NCBI GenBank assembly: GCA_964658305.1
Contig: OZ210885.1
Location: forward strand, 20,522,001-20,586,000
DNA: 64,000 bases
Direction of reading: 5' to 3'
Source: Leptogorgia sarmentosa
Taxonomy: Eukaryota
The position numbers were made by a program, and so were the translations under genes. Positions 60,235 through 64,000 of the stretch are shown here, one piece after another (position 1 is the first letter of the stretch; every line of letters starts with the position of its first letter). The notes beneath the pieces were generated by a model, which saw nothing but the letters and a program-made list of their open reading frames with translations, was not told where the DNA came from and searched no databases.

Positions 60235-63200
60235 ATAGGAACTCTTGAACAGTGGTTAAGCGAAGCCGAAGTCAAACACGAAGATCAACAAAGAAGAGAG
60301 CGTATGGACTTTGAGTTAAAACTCGAAGAAGCTAAAATTAAATTGAAAGCGGAGTTTAAGAAAGTGGAAGCACCAGTGAGCGAGACAGCCGGGAAAAGCG
60401 AAAGTGGAAGCATCGAAGCCAGGTTACCCAAGCTTACAATTACAAAATTCAACGGAACATATGCTGATTGGCCTCGATTTTGGGGTCAGTATTCTGAAAC
60501 AATTGATAAATCTGGTATACAACCTGTAACTAAATTTTCCTATCTCAGAGAATTATTATGCGAAAAAGCAATCGAAGCCTTGCCATACTCAGCTGAAGGG
60601 TATAATAGAGCAGTGTCAATTCTGAAAGACAGATTTGGCAATGATAGTGAAGTAGTAAAAGCATATGTAAAAGAAATACTCGACCTTCCCTACACCCCGT
60701 CAACAAATCCAAAGAAAATTCATGAATTTTAGGAAAAGTTAGCATATTCAGTACAGTCACTGGAAACCCTCAGAAGGCTGGAAGCTGTAAATGGGACTGT
60801 TTTAATGATGCTTGAGAAATTACCAAACATCCGTGGAGACTTAGTTCGTAGTGACCCCGACTGGGAACAGTGGACCTTCGTTCAGTTCACTGAAGCTCTA
60901 CGACTGTGGACCAAGCGTAATCCGGTTGAAACGAAGCTCAAAGATCCAAACAAGCGAGACCGACGAAGCCAGTATCAGTTCAGGACACAGCAAGGGACGT
61001 ACAAGCCGAAACGAAGTTGTGTGTATTGCAACGAAGAAAGTCATCAATCATCCGAATGCAGTTCAGTCATGTGAGGAACTTCCGGTTTATAGAGGTCACG
61101 TGATTAGTGCATGAGGTCTGAAAATAAGGTTTTCATATTTTCTGTTGAATCGTTTAAACACTGCAGAACTGCTGCATTTTTTGTAATATTAAGTTTATCT
61201 AATAAAGTAAATAAAGAGTAAAAACCAACGACGACTTAGTTAAAAGTCAAGACCTTGGACGAAAGGAAGAAACTTTTGGCAACAAAGAAACTTTGTTTCA
61301 ACTGCATCGGACCTTCTCATAGAGCATCCGAGTGTAGAAGTACCACAACGTGCAAGCATTGTAACAAGAGGCATCATACCTCAATTTCTGATGCACCAAA
61401 AGAGCCCAAGCAGGAAGTGGTGATGATGGCCAATAAGCCAGAAGATCAGGAGGTGATATACCCGATTGTGCTAATCGAAGTTGACGGAATTAGAACCCAT
61501 GCACTTCTTGACACCGGAGCTGGAAGTTCCCATGCCTCAACAGAGCTCATTGATGCCCTGAAGAAAAGACCGAAGGAAGTCAAAACAAAACGAGTAGAGA
61601 TGATGCTGACGTCATCAACAACCCGAATCAAGATATATTTGGCGAACCTCAAATCACTTGATGGCAAGTTTGACATGAACGTTGAACTATCAAAGGTAGA
61701 TAAACCAGAGCTGATGACCATTAAAAACCCAGGGTATGCAAAACTATTGGAGAAGTACAACCATCTTAAAGGCGCAAAGTTCGATGACAGGGATAGTCGT
61801 CCGCAAATTCCAATCCACATAGTCCTTGGTGCAAGTGATTATGCGATGATTAAGACCACAACAGCCCAAAGGGTTGGATTACCAGGCCAACCAATTGCCG
61901 AGAGAACACTGCTTGGATGGACAGTCATGTCCCCTGGCAGTGAAAACGTAGACAGCCCAATTCTGTTAACCAAATCCGCCACCACCGACTACAAACAGCT
62001 ATGTGCTCTTGATGTCCTTGGCCTTGCTGATAGTAACGAGAATGACCAGCAGATGGTATATCAGGAATTTAAGGAGCAGCTGCGGAGAGATGAAGCTGGA
62101 TGGTATGAGAGCAAATTGCCTTGGAAAGGCAATCATCCTCCGCTGCCCACAAACGAAGCTGGGAGTAAGCGACGCTTGGAACACTTAATAAGGAAGTTGA
62201 ATCAAACAGACCGGTATGGACAGTATGAGGAAATTATCCAAGAGCAACTTCAGATGGGAATTATCGAGCCAGCACCAGAAACAGCAACAGGCAAGGAGTT
62301 CTACATTCCGCACAAAGGCGTGATCAGAAACGATGCAGAAAGTACAAAGTTACGCATAGTGTATGACGCGTCTGTGAGGGAAAGCAACAGCGATCCATCC
62401 CTAAACGACTGTCTTCATCCAGGTCCCCCTCTACAAAACCACCTTTGGGACGTTTTACTGAAATCACAGACCTACCCGATTCTCCTAACAGCAGATCTGA
62501 AAAAGGCATTCCTACAAATCAGGATTATGCAAGATGAACGGGACTCGTTAAGGTTTCATTGGAGACATCCAAACAGCAGTGAAATCGCAGTGTATCGGTT
62601 CACCAGGGCGTTATTCGGTCTAACGTGCTCTCCATTCCTCCTTGGCGGAGTGATTAACCAACACCTCGACAACTGGAAAGACCGATACCCAGAGATTGTG
62701 AAGGAACTGTGTGATGGGATATACGTCGACGATCTCATGACGGGTGGAACAACTGTCAAAGAAACCGAGGAAAAGAAAGCGACCGCTGTTGAAGTATTCG
62801 AAGACGCAACATTTACCATCCACAAGTGGCATTCCAACGCGCCAGAGCTTGAGCCAATCAGCGGAGCGCCAAACGAACAGGAAGAAACGACCTATGCTAA
62901 AAGTAAACTAGGAGGAGTTAAGCAACCAGAAGGAAAGTTACTTGGGCTTCCATGGAACAGAAAACAAGATACGCTAAGTGTCACCCTGACAAAGGAATAT
63001 GACACGGCAACTAAGAGAGGTATCCTTTCGAAGTTGGCCAAATTTATAAGACCCTCTAGGGCTTGTATCACCCACCACGTTAGTTGGCAAACTAATTTAT
63101 CGTGATGTTTCTGACGCGAAGCTACCGTGGGATTCCAACTTGCCACAACCACTGGCGAAACGATGGAAGGAGTGGAATGATTCTCTTGAAACGTTTACGA

Positions 63201-64000
63201 TTCCTCGAAGTCTTGTACCACTTCGACTGCCTGTGTCAGAGATCACGCTGCATGGATTCGGGGACACAAGTTCTCGCGGAGTAAGCGCGGTGGTTTACGT
63301 CGTTGTCAAGCAACGAGAAGATACTCGCCAAGGGCTGGTTTGTGCCAAATCAAGAATTGCAAAGCGTAATTTAACAATTCCCTGTCTCGAACTGATATCT
63401 GGACATATGGCAGCAAATCTTGTGACAAACGCTCGAGCCGCATTCGGTAATCAACCCGTTTCTCTTCATTGTTGGCTCGATTCGACTGTCGCACTTTACT
63501 CGATTAACGACCAAGGTGATTACCGCCAGTTCGTAGCCAACCGTGTCAACAAGATCCGACAACACGACCAGATCACTTGGCATCACGTTCCAACGACAGA
63601 TAATCCAGCAGACGTCGGGAGTCGGGGAGGAAACGTCGTAAACAACGAGTTGTGGCGAAATGGCCCATCGTGGTTAAGTAGACAATCCGAGTGGCCACCA
63701 GACGCACGGTTAGAACCATCACCAGAAACCCAAGCTGAAGCTAAAGCCATCAAAGAGATTCTAGCTACTGTAACTCCCGAGGCAGACATCTTCGACCAGC
63801 TTCTTGACAAGCACCAATTACCCAAGTTATTACGGATAGGAGCGTGGATACGTCGGTTTATCACCAACTGCAGAAAAAGCCGGGGAGAAAGGGAACTGGG
63901 CCCAATCAAGACAAGCGAGACTAAAAAACAGCAGGTGTGGTGGATAAGATGGGCTCAGAGACAATCTCGAGGAGACCCCCATTTTCAAGATGACCAACTA
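60235..64000 (+). mobile_element. BEL/Pao gag-pol, degenerate, runs off the window
   Basis: LPKLTITKFNG...FW, CCHC knuckles, LLDTGAG, DLKKAFLQ, YVDD and an RNase H region with frameshifts. Confidence 0.92.
61070..61244. mobile_element. Solo LTR-like insertion in BEL gag, TSD AGTCA
   Basis: AGTCA at 61065-61069 and 61245-61249; starts with TG and contains AATAAA; removal restores CSSVKTLDERKK. Confidence 0.8.

Overview
Eukaryotic, AT-rich DNA with GT-AG introns, most likely from a marine invertebrate such as a cnidarian (inferred from the transposon families; not verifiable here). I can support no host gene. The window is a dense cluster of nested, mostly decayed transposable elements from about a dozen superfamilies. 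At 2.4-23.7 kb there is a five-deep nest (MULE-like > Harbinger > Gypsy A > Kolobok > Gypsy B or MITE) with readable target-site duplications (TSDs). Other elements: a hAT remnant, a Penelope fragment with a minimal hammerhead ribozyme, an apparently intact DD37E Tc1 element, three tyrosine-recombinase (DIRS/Ngaro) retroelement remnants (one with an ALOG-like domain), an AcademH remnant (DUF6589-like transposase plus RecQ helicase), an AcademX element, three BEL/Pao remnants, further Gypsy remnants and several long foldback MITEs. Highlights are a -1 frameshift cassette (slippery heptamer plus H-type pseudoknot), a spliced KolX gene resembling the P2X7 cytoplasmic tail, and a possible divergent Cys-rich P-like transposase. 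Family calls come from recognising motifs by eye; no database search was run.
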